The notes under the pieces are model-generated. The model ran no database searches and was not told the DNA's origin. It saw only the letters and a list, made by a program, of their open reading frames with translations. Shown here piece after piece: positions 50,614 to 60,887 of a stretch of DNA of 64,000 nt (the first letter of the stretch is position 1; each line of letters starts with the position of its first letter). A program made the position numbers and the translations under genes. The DNA is taken from positions 1 through 64,000 of the IMG/VR virus record IMGVR_UViG_3300036770_006893, one strand, 5' to 3'.

Positions 50614-52830
50614 ATGGCAAAAAAAATAAATAAAGAAAAAAATAGTGCAATTTCTGATGCTAGAATAGTCCCAGAAGAGGCTTATGTTACTTGGGGGGAT
50701 GATCTTGTTAGCAAAAAAGAAGCTTTGACCGAGTCTTCTGCGTCTTTAGATGAGTTTACTCTTATAGAAAGAGCTTCTGCCACTAGAAGATATGGACTAG
50801 ATTATTCTAAACTAGACGGTCAAACTGGTGGTAGGCCAGGACTAACTAAATCAGACTACTATTATTTTAGGCCAGATGAGGCACCTCCTCAAAAACTAAA
50901 GTATATTTTACGCAGAGCTGATGATATATATCAAAGAGTTGGTTTAGTTAAGAACGTTATTGATCTTATGGGAGATTTTGCTAGTCAAGGCATTAGGTTG
51001 GTTCATAGAAATAAGCGTATTGAAAGATTCTATAGACAGTGGTTCAAAAAAATTAATGGCAAAGATCGAAGTGAAAGATTTTTAAACAATCTATATAAAA
51101 GCGGCAATATAGTTATAGATAGAAGAACAGCAAAAATAAGCGTAAAAGTTGCCGATCATCTTTATAGATCATTAGGTAAATCAGACTATCAGATATCTGA
51201 AGATATCAATATTCCTTTAGAAAAAAGAGAAATACCCTGGAAATATACATTTATCGATCCTGTTTTTGTTGACGTGGCTGCTGGCGCATTATCTTCTTTT
51301 ATATCAAGTAAACAGTACGAGCTTCAAATTCCAGCTAATCTTAAAAAAATTATTAATAGCCCCAAAACCGACGCTGAAAAAAAAGTAGTAGATTCTTTAC
51401 CACCAGAAATTATTGAAGCGGCTAAAACTAAAAAGAACTATCCATTAGACCCAAACAAAACTCTAGTTTTTCACTACAAAAAAGATGATTGGCAGGCCTG
51501 GGCCTATCCTATGATATATGCTATTATGGATGATATAACTGTAATAGAAAAACTAAAATTAGCAGATATGGCAGCATTAGATGGTGCAATAAGTAATATC
51601 AGAATTTTTAAACTGGGTAGCCTAGAACACAGAATAGCTCCTACCAAAGCAGCAACTGCTAAGCTAGCTCAAATACTGGGCAATAATGTTGGTGGAGGCA
51701 CAATGGATTTGATTTGGGGCCCAGATATTGAATTATTAGAGAGTAATACAAATGTTCATAACTTTTTGGGAGAAGGTAAATATATACCTCATTTAAATGC
51801 TATATATGCTGGCCTAGGAATTCCTCCAACACTCACAGGAACTTACGGCGCAGCTGGTACAACAAACAATTTTATAAGCCTAAAAACACTAACACAAAGA
51901 TTGCAATACGGCAGAAATGTTTTGGTAGATTTTTGGGATCAAGAAATAGCGCTAGTTCAAAAAGCTATGGGGTTTAAATACCCAGCCAAAATAGAATTCG
52001 ACAGAATGGATCTGAGCAATGAAGAAAGCGAAAAGGCGCTATTAATTCAATTAGCTGATCGTAACTTGATCAGCGATGAGCTATTACAAACAAAATTTGG
52101 CTTTGATCCCGAAATAGAAAAGTCTAGACTGAATAGAGAGCATAGAGACAGAAAGGGTAATAGGATGGTGGCTAAATCTGGACCTTGGTTTGATCCTCAG
52201 CTAGAAAACGCTCTTAAGAAAATAGCTCTGCAATCGGGTATAGTTGCTCCAAGTGAGGTCGGATTAGATCTAAGTAAAAAGAAACCTGGCGAGAAAAATG
52301 CTTTGGAGCATAAGATCAAAAATGCTAACCCAACGCAGTTGGCAAAAGATTCGCCAGAATCTTTGCCAGGACAACCGGGACAAGGAAGGCCAAAAAACTC
52401 TAAGGATGGTCAGCAACGAAAAACAAAAGTCTTCAAACCACAAACAGGTGCTTCTTTAGAAGTTTGGGCCAATAGAGCACAAGACCAGATTGCAGACATA
52501 ATGAATCCTATAATGCTAGAATTTTACAAGAAAAAAAATGTTAGATCATTATCCTCCCAAGAGTCTAATGAGCTAGACATAGTAAAAACAAAAATTCTTT
52601 TTACAATGGAACCGTTTTCGAAAGTGTGCCATGACACAGTTAATGCCTGTCTACATCATATCAATAAGCCACAAACATTTGAAATATTAAACGGTTATAA
52701 TAAATGGTTTAAAGCTCTTCAAAATAATATAGAATCGACACTATCGGTAGAGGAACAAAAACGAGCCAAAGCATCTTTTTATGTGATGGTGTATGAAAAT
52801 ACTATCGCTAATAATGGAGAATCAAAATGA
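50614..52830 (+). CDS. Portal protein
   Basis: Follows TerL; LVKNVIDLMGDFA, IYAGLGIP..L, IEFDRMDL portal-like segments. Confidence 0.8.
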   Translation: MAKKINKEKNSAISDARIVPEEAYVTWGDDLVSKKEALTESSASLDEFTLIERASATRRYGLDYSKLDGQTGGRPGLTKSDYYYFRPDEAPPQKLKYILRRADDIYQRVGLVKNVIDLMGDFASQGIRLVHRNKRIERFYRQWFKKINGKDRSERFLNNLYKSGNIVIDRRTAKISVKVADHLYRSLGKSDYQISEDINIPLEKREIPWKYTFIDPVFVDVAAGALSSFISSKQYELQIPANLKKIINSPKTDAEKKVVDSLPPEIIEAAKTKKNYPLDPNKTLVFHYKKDDWQAWAYPMIYAIMDDITVIEKLKLADMAALDGAISNIRIFKLGSLEHRIAPTKAATAKLAQILGNNVGGGTMDLIWGPDIELLESNTNVHNFLGEGKYIPHLNAIYAGLGIPPTLTGTYGAAGTTNNFISLKTLTQRLQYGRNVLVDFWDQEIALVQKAMGFKYPAKIEFDRMDLSNEESEKALLIQLADRNLISDELLQTKFGFDPEIEKSRLNREHRDRKGNRMVAKSGPWFDPQLENALKKIALQSGIVAPSEVGLDLSKKKPGEKNALEHKIKNANPTQLAKDSPESLPGQPGQGRPKNSKDGQQRKTKVFKPQTGASLEVWANRAQDQIADIMNPIMLEFYKKKNVRSLSSQESNELDIVKTKILFTMEPFSKVCHDTVNACLHHINKPQTFEILNGYNKWFKALQNNIESTLSVEEQKRAKASFYVMVYENTIANNGESK

Positions 52831-54368
52831 TTATTTTTCAGCAGGAGTACGATGACGGAGTCGCCGACAATATAAGAGCATCTGCATCAATTTCTTACGC
52901 TAGTGCAGTTAATACATGCACAGACGAACACCTATTAAGCAAGATTAAAAATATAAAAAGCATAGCTTCTATTAAAGATACAGATTTATATTATGTTCAG
53001 TCTATTTTAGTTAGTTCTAGTTGGAATAAAAATGACGACATTTTTGATAAAAAAGAAGTTTGGGCCGCAAGAAACACGCCCGAAGACAAGCCAACTAATC
53101 TTGAACATAATGAAAGCATTATAATAGGACATATAACATCTAATTGGCCTATTACAGACGACGGTATGGTGATCGATAGTGAGACACCAATAGAAGACTT
53201 ACCAGAAAAATATCACATATTAACCGGCGCAGTTATTTATAGAGGATTTAGCGATCCTGATCTTAAGGCCAGATCTGAACAACTTATAGCGGAAATAGAA
53301 TCCGGTCAAAAATATGTGAGTATGGAATGTTTTTTTAATGGTTTTGACTATGGTTTAATAGATAAAGCTACGGGTAAATATAAAATATTAAGTAGAAATA
53401 ATGAAACAGCATATCTTACTAAACATCTTAGATGCTACGGAGGATTAGGAGAGCACGAAAACTATAAAATAGGTAGAGTCTTAAGAAATATAACTTTCTC
53501 AGGAAAGGGCTATGTAGACAAACCAGCTAACCCAGATAGTATAATATTTACTAAGCCACAACAAGAAACACAGGCCGTAGAAAATAATACGGATGAAAAA
53601 AATGCTATTTTTTCAATTGGAGGTGTATCAAATAATCAGTCAATACTCAATACGGAGAAATCTATTATGAGCGATATCGAACCAGTCCTAAAAGACGTTG
53701 CCGAACTTAAAAATAAAGTAGAGTCCATGACGGACTGTTCAGAAACTGTTAAAGAAGCCTATGCTTCAGCATCTGCTCTTAAAGACAAAAATATCGAGCT
53801 AGAAAATACTATTTCTACTAACTTAGCCAGCATAGAAGAACTAAAGGCTGCTCTTGAAGCTTCAAATGTCGAAAAAGAAGAAGCTATGAAAAAGATGAAA
53901 GAAGAAGTTGGTATGAAAGAAGAAGAAATGAAAAAAATGAAGGCTGAACTAGATTCCGCACTAGAATCGCTAGCAGCTTACAAAGACAAAGAAGCAGAAA
54001 TGATGAAGAAAGAGAAGCAAATGAAGAGGATGGCCGCGCTAATCGAGAGTGGTGTTGACTCAGAACTAGCTTCTGCTACAGTAGACAAGTTCGAGAGTTT
54101 AGACGATTCGTCTTTTGATGCTATGGCAGAAGTTTTTGCTGCTATGATGCCCAAGAAAAAGATGAAAGACGAGGAAGAAGCTATGATGATGAAAAAGAAA
54201 GCTTCTGAAGAAATAGCTGCTTCTACTGACCCAGAAGTTTTAGAAACTGCTGAAGTTAGTGAAACAGAAGTTAATCTTAGTGTTGGCGGTGAAGAAGAAT
54301 CTTCTTTAGAGTCAACTAGAGCGGCTTTAGTTGAATTTGTTGAGAGTAGACTAGGTAAAAAACTTTAA
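52827..54368 (+). CDS. Prohead protease with C-terminal scaffold
   Basis: Between portal and capsid; WNKNDDIF, NLEHNE..IIGH, VSMEC; K/E/M-rich coiled-coil C-terminus. Confidence 0.75.
   Translation: MIIFQQEYDDGVADNIRASASISYASAVNTCTDEHLLSKIKNIKSIASIKDTDLYYVQSILVSSSWNKNDDIFDKKEVWAARNTPEDKPTNLEHNESIIIGHITSNWPITDDGMVIDSETPIEDLPEKYHILTGAVIYRGFSDPDLKARSEQLIAEIESGQKYVSMECFFNGFDYGLIDKATGKYKILSRNNETAYLTKHLRCYGGLGEHENYKIGRVLRNITFSGKGYVDKPANPDSIIFTKPQQETQAVENNTDEKNAIFSIGGVSNNQSILNTEKSIMSDIEPVLKDVAELKNKVESMTDCSETVKEAYASASALKDKNIELENTISTNLASIEELKAALEASNVEKEEAMKKMKEEVGMKEEEMKKMKAELDSALESLAAYKDKEAEMMKKEKQMKRMAALIESGVDSELASATVDKFESLDDSSFDAMAEVFAAMMPKKKMKDEEEAMMMKKKASEEIAASTDPEVLETAEVSETEVNLSVGGEEESSLESTRAALVEFVESRLGKKL
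53667..54368 (+). CDS. Probable in-frame internal scaffold protein
   Basis: GGTGTA motif (53622) and GGAGA RBS (53654) precede in-frame Met281, where the coiled coil starts. Confidence 0.55.
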   Translation: MSDIEPVLKDVAELKNKVESMTDCSETVKEAYASASALKDKNIELENTISTNLASIEELKAALEASNVEKEEAMKKMKEEVGMKEEEMKKMKAELDSALESLAAYKDKEAEMMKKEKQMKRMAALIESGVDSELASATVDKFESLDDSSFDAMAEVFAAMMPKKKMKDEEEAMMMKKKASEEIAASTDPEVLETAEVSETEVNLSVGGEEESSLESTRAALVEFVESRLGKKL

Positions 54369-54382
54369 TAAGGGAGATTAAA

Positions 54383-54841
54383 ATGGCTCTTAAATCAGAT
54401 CGTATCGAATCATACACAGATATTTCATTTTTCATGGATTCAACTGGCGAACGCGGCGGTGTCGTGGTTCACGGCTCAAGCGGTAGCGGAGTATCAATGG
54501 ATGATGGTAATGCTGTTGTAACCTACCCAACAGGTGTTGTTGCTGGTACCAAACCCGCCGGTCTTTTGCTAAACGATGTTGTTAATATTGACCTAACTCG
54601 TCAACACATCAATTGGTACAGAGACGAGGTTCAGGTTGGAGGCAAAGTAACATTGTTGCGTCAAGGCCAAGTAACAACGAATGTTGTGTCAACGGGCGTA
54701 GCTCCTGTTGCTGGCGATGCAGCTTATTACGATGCTTTTGGCAGACTAACAACTGTCAGTACCGACAGTACTCAGGTTGGTAGATTCTTGAGCAGTGTTG
54801 ATTCCGATGGTTATGTCAAAGTAGATATCAATATCACCTGA
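54383..54841 (+). CDS. Capsid decoration/cement protein
   Basis: About 150 aa, immediately before the MCP; P.GLLL...GxxAYY....L...GRFL pattern. Confidence 0.65.
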   Translation: MALKSDRIESYTDISFFMDSTGERGGVVVHGSSGSGVSMDDGNAVVTYPTGVVAGTKPAGLLLNDVVNIDLTRQHINWYRDEVQVGGKVTLLRQGQVTTNVVSTGVAPVAGDAAYYDAFGRLTTVSTDSTQVGRFLSSVDSDGYVKVDINIT

Positions 54842-54854
54842 AAGGGAGAAAAAA

Positions 54855-55865
54855 ATGTCAGCTAAAACACAGAAATTTCAGCCAACGCCAGAACTAACAG
54901 ATCTTTTAGTTCGTTCTGGTTCTCAAAATAGAGAAGTTGCTCTTGCTGCTAATGCAGAATTTGCAAAAGCTCTTGAATTACCGCTAAGAAAGGGTCTTCT
55001 TAGTGGCGATATTCTAGATGGCATTTTTGAGCCAATTCAGTTAGCTCAGAGTGCTACTCCAGAATTTCCACTAGATTTTTTGGCTCCTGGAACCGAAAAG
55101 GACTTTGTGGCCTACACAATTCCTAATCATGGTTATATTCCAGAGCGCCATGTTGAAAGCGATTATGTCATGGTACCAACCTACGACATTGGCGCATCAA
55201 TCGATTATCTCTTAAAGTACGCTAGAGATGCTCGCTGGGATGTTGTTGGTCGTGCCATGGAAGTTCTAGAGAGTTCATTTGTTAAAAAGATGAACGACGA
55301 TGGCTGGCATACCATTTTAGCCGCTGGTGTTGATCGCAACATTGTGGTTTATGATAGTGATGCTGATGCTAATCAGTTCACAAAGAGATTGGTAAGCTTA
55401 ATGAAGACAGTTATGCGCAGAAACGGTGGCGGTAATAGCGCCAGTAACAATCGCGGAATGTTAACTGATCTTTATGTTAGCCCAGAAGCTATGGAAGATA
55501 TTCGCAACTGGGGCGTTGATCAGGTCGATGAAATTACTCGTAGAGAAATCTACACTGCTGCTGATGGTACTCTCAACAGAGTGTTTGGAGTTAATCTACA
55601 CGACCTAGACGAACTAGGTGTTGGTCAAGAATATCAGCTATTCTATGGTGATGTTCTCAACGGAACACTACCAACCGGAGATAGCGAAGTTGTTGTTGGT
55701 CTAGACCTTAGAAAGAGCGACAGCTTTATTATGCCTGTTCGCGAACAAGTCCAGATCTTTGAAGACGAAACCCTACATCGTCAAAAACGAGCTGGTTTCT
55801 ATGGTTGGGCCGAACAAGGCTTTGCTGTTCTTGATAATCGTAGAGTTCTAATCGGCTCTCTATGA
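54855..55865 (+). CDS. Major capsid protein
   Basis: 336 aa, strong GGGAG RBS, position after protease/decoration genes, followed by a terminator; HK97-like size. Confidence 0.85.
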   Translation: MSAKTQKFQPTPELTDLLVRSGSQNREVALAANAEFAKALELPLRKGLLSGDILDGIFEPIQLAQSATPEFPLDFLAPGTEKDFVAYTIPNHGYIPERHVESDYVMVPTYDIGASIDYLLKYARDARWDVVGRAMEVLESSFVKKMNDDGWHTILAAGVDRNIVVYDSDADANQFTKRLVSLMKTVMRRNGGGNSASNNRGMLTDLYVSPEAMEDIRNWGVDQVDEITRREIYTAADGTLNRVFGVNLHDLDELGVGQEYQLFYGDVLNGTLPTGDSEVVVGLDLRKSDSFIMPVREQVQIFEDETLHRQKRAGFYGWAEQGFAVLDNRRVLIGSL

Positions 55866-55896
55866 TGATCATCGATTAGCTTATGCTATTCAATTA

Positions 55897-55931
55897 AAAC
55901 TAGGCTGGCCTTTATGGCCAGCCTTTTTTTT
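55897..55931 (+). terminator. Intrinsic terminator after the capsid operon
   Basis: AGGCTGGCC-TTTAT-GGCCAGCCT followed by a T run. Confidence 0.9.
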
Positions 55932-55976
55932 AGGTGTAATAATACTATATAACTCTATTACAGATAAGGCTACACC

Positions 55977-56381
55977 ATGGCAGCAAGTCGCTATGATTTC
56001 GATATCGAGCAGGGTTCGTCTTTTGCGATAAGTATCGTTTATAAAGATGCCGAAAAGAATATTGTCGATTTAACAAATTGGTGTGCGAGACTAACATGGA
56101 AAACAAATAATAATCTTACTCAGATATTTACAACAGAAAATTTAGACTTTTCCGCATATAAATTCTTTATAGATGGACCCAATGGCAAGATTACTTTTAT
56201 GATCCCAGCTTCTGCTACTAATTATTTTGATTTTAAAACTGCTAAATACGATCTGGAAATACAAAGTCCCGATGACTTATATGGTGGCGGTGGCAAATTT
56301 ACCACACGAATATTGTTTGGTGTAATTAATCTTATTAAGAGATACAGTAAATCTGGTTCAGATTTGGATTGTCAAATATGA
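55977..56381 (+). CDS. Virion structural protein (BppU N-terminal/Ig-like)
   Basis: YDFDIEQG..F...YKD...DLT....YDLEI pattern. Confidence 0.55.
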   Translation: MAASRYDFDIEQGSSFAISIVYKDAEKNIVDLTNWCARLTWKTNNNLTQIFTTENLDFSAYKFFIDGPNGKITFMIPASATNYFDFKTAKYDLEIQSPDDLYGGGGKFTTRILFGVINLIKRYSKSGSDLDCQI

Positions 56382-56671
56382 GTAATTTTTATGTTGAAAT
56401 TGTTGACAGACCAATATATTATCTAGATATTGATAGCTCTATTAATAATGAAATAAATAATATAGAAATTATTAAATATAATGACTATAGCTTAGAAATT
56501 GTTAATACTGAGAGAGTTTTGGCTAGCGATTTGCCAGATGATATTCCAATATCAAAAATTGTTGGAAATTTACCAATATCCAGAATAGACTTTACAGATG
56601 AATATGGAGTTGGTTTTGATGGTTTAGACGCTTATTTAGATCAATATGAGTTTGAATGCGGCCCCCCATAA
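56369..56671 (+). CDS. Hypothetical virion-associated protein
   Basis: Coupled within the structural operon. Confidence 0.55.
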   Translation: MSNMSNFYVEIVDRPIYYLDIDSSINNEINNIEIIKYNDYSLEIVNTERVLASDLPDDIPISKIVGNLPISRIDFTDEYGVGFDGLDAYLDQYEFECGPP

Positions 56672-56701
56672 TACTCAATACATTTAAAACGGAGAAATAT
56701 A

Positions 56702-58666
56702 ATGGCTGTTAACACAAGAATTCAACTAAGAAGAGGCTCGACAGCTCAATGGGCAGCTATGTCAGGAGTATTAGCTGAGGGCGAAATTGGTGTTGAGCTT
56801 TTAGCTAATGGTTTGAGAAGATTCAAAATAGGTGGTAATTCACTGCCATGGGAATCATTACCGTACGCTAACTTACCAGCTAATAGCGGCTTCATTACTG
56901 AGGGCGATGGTATTAGTTTGGGTTTTGATGCTTTGGGATCCGGGCTAAACATAGGAGTTGATACAGATTGGCTAAATAACTATTTAACAACAGGAACTCT
57001 AAATAGCGAACAAATAGAAGATTTGATTGGGTCAAGGATTTCTGGAGTAAGCGGTATAGTAACAGCATATAGCGACGATACCGGAATAACACGAATTGGA
57101 CTAGCAGATAATAGTATTGAATTAATCGATATTACTGATTTAGATGAAGACTTAAGAACATTTCTAGCCACCCCTACTGCTACTAATTTGCGACTAGCCA
57201 CTAGTGGCACAACAGGTAGTGGAAATTTAGTTTTTGATACTAATCCGATTTTTGCGGACGGCGTATCGATTCAAGGAACATTAATAGTAAATAATATCAG
57301 CGCAGATGGTAATCCTTTAATTATTGGTTCAGACGGTGATGATGTCGGTATCTCTAGTGGTGGTCAGGGCGGTAATGTTACCATAGGAGCTTCTTCAGAA
57401 AATGTCAATATATTAGGAAATCTTAAAATTAACAACGTTAGTGTTACTAGTAATGCTAGTGAGCTTAATTTAGTTGACGGCTCTTCGGCTGGTACTATTG
57501 TTCCTAACAAGGCTGTTATTTATAGTACTGAAGGTTTTGTAAGGGCTAGCGGCTTCTACGGACCAGGCGACTTTTGGGGGATTTCCACTAGCGGTGATGC
57601 AACTCTTGCTAATATTGGTGCGAGTAGCTTAACGACAACTAATAACGTTACTGTTGGTGGAAACCTCATCGTTCACGGAACAACGACCACTGTTAATAGC
57701 ACCGTTGTTAATATTGGTGACAATATTATTAGAGTAAATACTAGTGGCTTAAACACTGGTGGTTTTGAAGTATTTAAGGGTGGCGATCCTAATACTAGTG
57801 GTAATTATGAGAGCTTGGTTTGGAATACATCAAATGCCTCGTGGCAATTTAGTGGCCCAAAAGTTTCTAGTACCGGATTGCTTGTTGGAAGAACACTAGA
57901 GTCAACAGTGGCTTCTGGTGTTGCGCCAATTGTGGTCGAGTCTCCCACGCTAGTGACTAATCTTAATGCTGATCTATTAGATGGTCAGCACGGATCTTAT
58001 TACTTAAACTATGATAATTTTAGCAATATCCCCACTATTGGTAATGGTACCTTAACTTTAGGTGTTAGTGGTATTGGTTTAACTGGAAGCGCAAGCTTTA
58101 GCGCTAATGATACTGGTAATACTACATTTACTGTTACTAGTAATGCCACCCCAGCAAATATTCCAAATACATTAGTTGCTAGAAATGCTTTTGGTAATTT
58201 TACAGCTAGTAATATTACCGCTAGTGGTTTTTATGGTGATTTTATAGGCAATGGTGCTCAAATAACTAGCCTAAATGCTAGCAATATTAGTACCGGAACA
58301 TTAGCGTCTGGTTTGTTGCCAAATGTTAGTGTTGGAAGTACCTCAACTGGTCCATCATCAACTTTTGTTAGTAGTGTTACAACAGATAGCAAGGGTCGAG
58401 TTACTAGCATAAATACCACTAGTCATATTTTGGCTAGTACTAGTGCTACTGGTATAGCTAGTTTTGATTCTGACGATTTTAGTGTTGTTAATGGTGTTGT
58501 TAGTATTAATGTTAGCGGAGTAGACAACAATCAACTTAAAAATGATAGAGTAACAATAGGACAAACTCCGTTAATATTGGGTAGTACATATAGTGCTATT
58601 AGCGGAGTTAGTGCTGCTAATCCAGTTGTATTAACATACTTTGCTATTGACGGCGGATCGCCTTGA
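56702..58666 (+). CDS. Tail fibre with an Mtd-N-like N-terminus
   Basis: RIQLRRGSTAQW...LAEGEIGVE...FKIG...W..LPY; G/T/S/N-rich; NLNADLLDG motif. Confidence 0.8.
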   Translation: MAVNTRIQLRRGSTAQWAAMSGVLAEGEIGVELLANGLRRFKIGGNSLPWESLPYANLPANSGFITEGDGISLGFDALGSGLNIGVDTDWLNNYLTTGTLNSEQIEDLIGSRISGVSGIVTAYSDDTGITRIGLADNSIELIDITDLDEDLRTFLATPTATNLRLATSGTTGSGNLVFDTNPIFADGVSIQGTLIVNNISADGNPLIIGSDGDDVGISSGGQGGNVTIGASSENVNILGNLKINNVSVTSNASELNLVDGSSAGTIVPNKAVIYSTEGFVRASGFYGPGDFWGISTSGDATLANIGASSLTTTNNVTVGGNLIVHGTTTTVNSTVVNIGDNIIRVNTSGLNTGGFEVFKGGDPNTSGNYESLVWNTSNASWQFSGPKVSSTGLLVGRTLESTVASGVAPIVVESPTLVTNLNADLLDGQHGSYYLNYDNFSNIPTIGNGTLTLGVSGIGLTGSASFSANDTGNTTFTVTSNATPANIPNTLVARNAFGNFTASNITASGFYGDFIGNGAQITSLNASNISTGTLASGLLPNVSVGSTSTGPSSTFVSSVTTDSKGRVTSINTTSHILASTSATGIASFDSDDFSVVNGVVSINVSGVDNNQLKNDRVTIGQTPLILGSTYSAISGVSAANPVVLTYFAIDGGSP

Positions 58667-58697
58667 TATTACTTTAACATAAAGGACAAAATATGTT

Positions 58698-59435
58698 ATG
58701 GCAATATATGGTGGACCAGATATAGTTACTGATGGTTTAGTGTTGTGCTTAGATGCTGCTAATACGAAGAGTTATCCCGCTTCGGGATTTTTACTATATG
58801 ATCTTATTGGAAATATTCAAGTAGATTTTGAAAATAAAGCAACTCTAGAAAATAAATCATTAATTTTCGACGGATCAACTAACAAAATCGGCTTGATACC
58901 AGCACCAAATAGATTATTGGATAGTTGCACAGAAGTTTGGTTTAAAACAAATGGGACACAACCTAGTGCGTATAGTATGATTTTTGGTTATGAACATGTT
59001 GGTAGTACTTATTCCCGTTACACTACTGGCCCGATAGCAATAACATCAAATAATAAAATATTCACTTCAGTTATTACTAGTACACAAGGATATAGACAAC
59101 TTACATCCAATCTAACATTGGAAAATAATAAGTTTTATCATGTATGTTTAAATAAAGACACTATCGATGGAACTTTAACTTTCTATATTAATGGAGTTTT
59201 TGATAGCTCAACAACATTTGATGCTGACAATTTATCAGCATGGCCTAGTGCTGGAAATTATATAGGTAGAAATTACCTTGATATGGGCGGATATAATTTA
59301 GGTACCGGATCTTCTTTTATAGGAACTGGGTATTTAAACGGTTCTGTATCGATAGGTAAAATGTACAACAAAACACTATCCTCTGAAGAAATTGCAATAA
59401 ATTATCAATCTCTTAAAGGAAGGTTTGGATTATAA
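58698..59435 (+). CDS. LamG/ConA-like lectin-domain protein 1
   Basis: GP.IVTDGLVLCLDAAN.KSY ... NY.SLKGRFGL. Confidence 0.8.
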   Translation: MAIYGGPDIVTDGLVLCLDAANTKSYPASGFLLYDLIGNIQVDFENKATLENKSLIFDGSTNKIGLIPAPNRLLDSCTEVWFKTNGTQPSAYSMIFGYEHVGSTYSRYTTGPIAITSNNKIFTSVITSTQGYRQLTSNLTLENNKFYHVCLNKDTIDGTLTFYINGVFDSSTTFDADNLSAWPSAGNYIGRNYLDMGGYNLGTGSSFIGTGYLNGSVSIGKMYNKTLSSEEIAINYQSLKGRFGL

Positions 59436-60148
59436 TGGCAAACTTGTATGGCCCACGCATAGTTACAGATGGTTTGGTTTTGTATTTAGATGCTGCTAAT
59501 AATAAAAGTTATCCGGGAAACGGAAACGTATGGTATGACATAAGTGGAAATAATAGAAACTATTCTATAAACACAAATTTTGTATCGTGGAATTCTACCA
59601 CCAAACAATTCGATGTATCCTATAACGCTTCTTTATTCAATTTTATTGGACCTCCATCGGACTCCTTTGGTTTTAATAGTAATATGGAGCATACAATATT
59701 GTGTTTCAATAGCGTATCAATACTATATTCCAGCGTATTTTTTAGTTGGGGCGCAAGTCCAAATACTGGGACAGATACTAGAGCTATTTTTACCCATTTT
59801 CCTTGGGGTAATGCTTTTATATATGACGTTGGAGGGTGCTGCGCTGCCACACAAAGACTATATAACTCTACTTTAAGCTCTACTATAGGAACCAATAAAT
59901 TCTTTTGTGGTACGTGGCGAACCAGGACGAATACCACTCCCAATAGAGAATTTTTTCAAAATGGAGTATCTATGATAAATTCTGGATCTAATAGCACAGC
60001 TACCATGACTTGGAATAGAAGCGATCCTGCTGGTATTGCTTTTAGATGGGCGGGCAAAATAAGTAATTTTTTAGCTTACAATAGGGCTTTAACAAATGAA
60101 GAAATTTTGTATAATTATAATGCCTTAAAAGGAAGATTCGGGCTATGA
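59435..60148 (+). CDS. LamG/ConA-like lectin-domain protein 2
   Basis: Same conserved termini. Confidence 0.8.
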   Translation: MANLYGPRIVTDGLVLYLDAANNKSYPGNGNVWYDISGNNRNYSINTNFVSWNSTTKQFDVSYNASLFNFIGPPSDSFGFNSNMEHTILCFNSVSILYSSVFFSWGASPNTGTDTRAIFTHFPWGNAFIYDVGGCCAATQRLYNSTLSSTIGTNKFFCGTWRTRTNTTPNREFFQNGVSMINSGSNSTATMTWNRSDPAGIAFRWAGKISNFLAYNRALTNEEILYNYNALKGRFGL

Positions 60149-60840
60149 GCTACTCTAACGGACCACGAATAGTAACAAACGGATTAATTTTATGTTTGGA
60201 TGCTGGTAATAGTAAAAGTTATCCGGGGAGTGGGAGTGTTTGGTATGACTTAAGCGGTAATAATAACAACGCAACGCTCAATAATGGTTCTTCTTACATT
60301 TCAATTAATGGGGGAAGTATTCGGACAGATGGTTATGATGATTATATAGGTATTTCAAATAATGATAATCTTGGAGATAACTTTAGTGCTTTTTCAATAA
60401 ATTTTACAGCTCTTACAAGAACAGGAGCAGGAGCAGATGCTATTGGATATATTATACATAGAAGTACCTCCCCTATTATAGGATCTTCTGTTTATGCTAT
60501 TTACATGGCCAATAATTCACTAACTTTTACAATAAATGGAACTAGCAATCTTATTCAAATTCCAGACAGGCATAATATTATCTCCGACTACTGTTATACA
60601 TGGAATGGTTCGCTAGTTTCTTGTTATGTCAATGGGATTTTGTATCAAAGCATATCTTTTTCTACATTCACAAACACAAGAGCAGGATCTGTACTTAACT
60701 TAGGTTCAACATCATTAAATGCTGGTTATAGACCGGCTAATTGTGATTTCTACAACTTCAGGATCTATAATAGGTCTTTGTCGTTGACAGAAATCCAACA
60801 AAACCACAACGCCTTAAAAGGGCGCTTTGGACTACCCTAG
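60145..60840 (+). CDS. LamG/ConA-like lectin-domain protein 3
   Basis: Same conserved termini. Confidence 0.8.
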   Translation: MSYSNGPRIVTNGLILCLDAGNSKSYPGSGSVWYDLSGNNNNATLNNGSSYISINGGSIRTDGYDDYIGISNNDNLGDNFSAFSINFTALTRTGAGADAIGYIIHRSTSPIIGSSVYAIYMANNSLTFTINGTSNLIQIPDRHNIISDYCYTWNGSLVSCYVNGILYQSISFSTFTNTRAGSVLNLGSTSLNAGYRPANCDFYNFRIYNRSLSLTEIQQNHNALKGRFGLP

Positions 60841-60887
60841 AATAGTGTAATATAATATATAGACTCCTAGTATAAAATGGTCAAAAT

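Larger units (their letters stand above)
18349..60849 (+). promoter_or_regulatory. Candidate late promoter motif (G/T/A)GTGTA plus AT-rich tail
   Basis: At 18349, 42996, 50570, 53622, 55933 and 60844, each shortly upstream of a plus-strand gene start. Confidence 0.5.
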
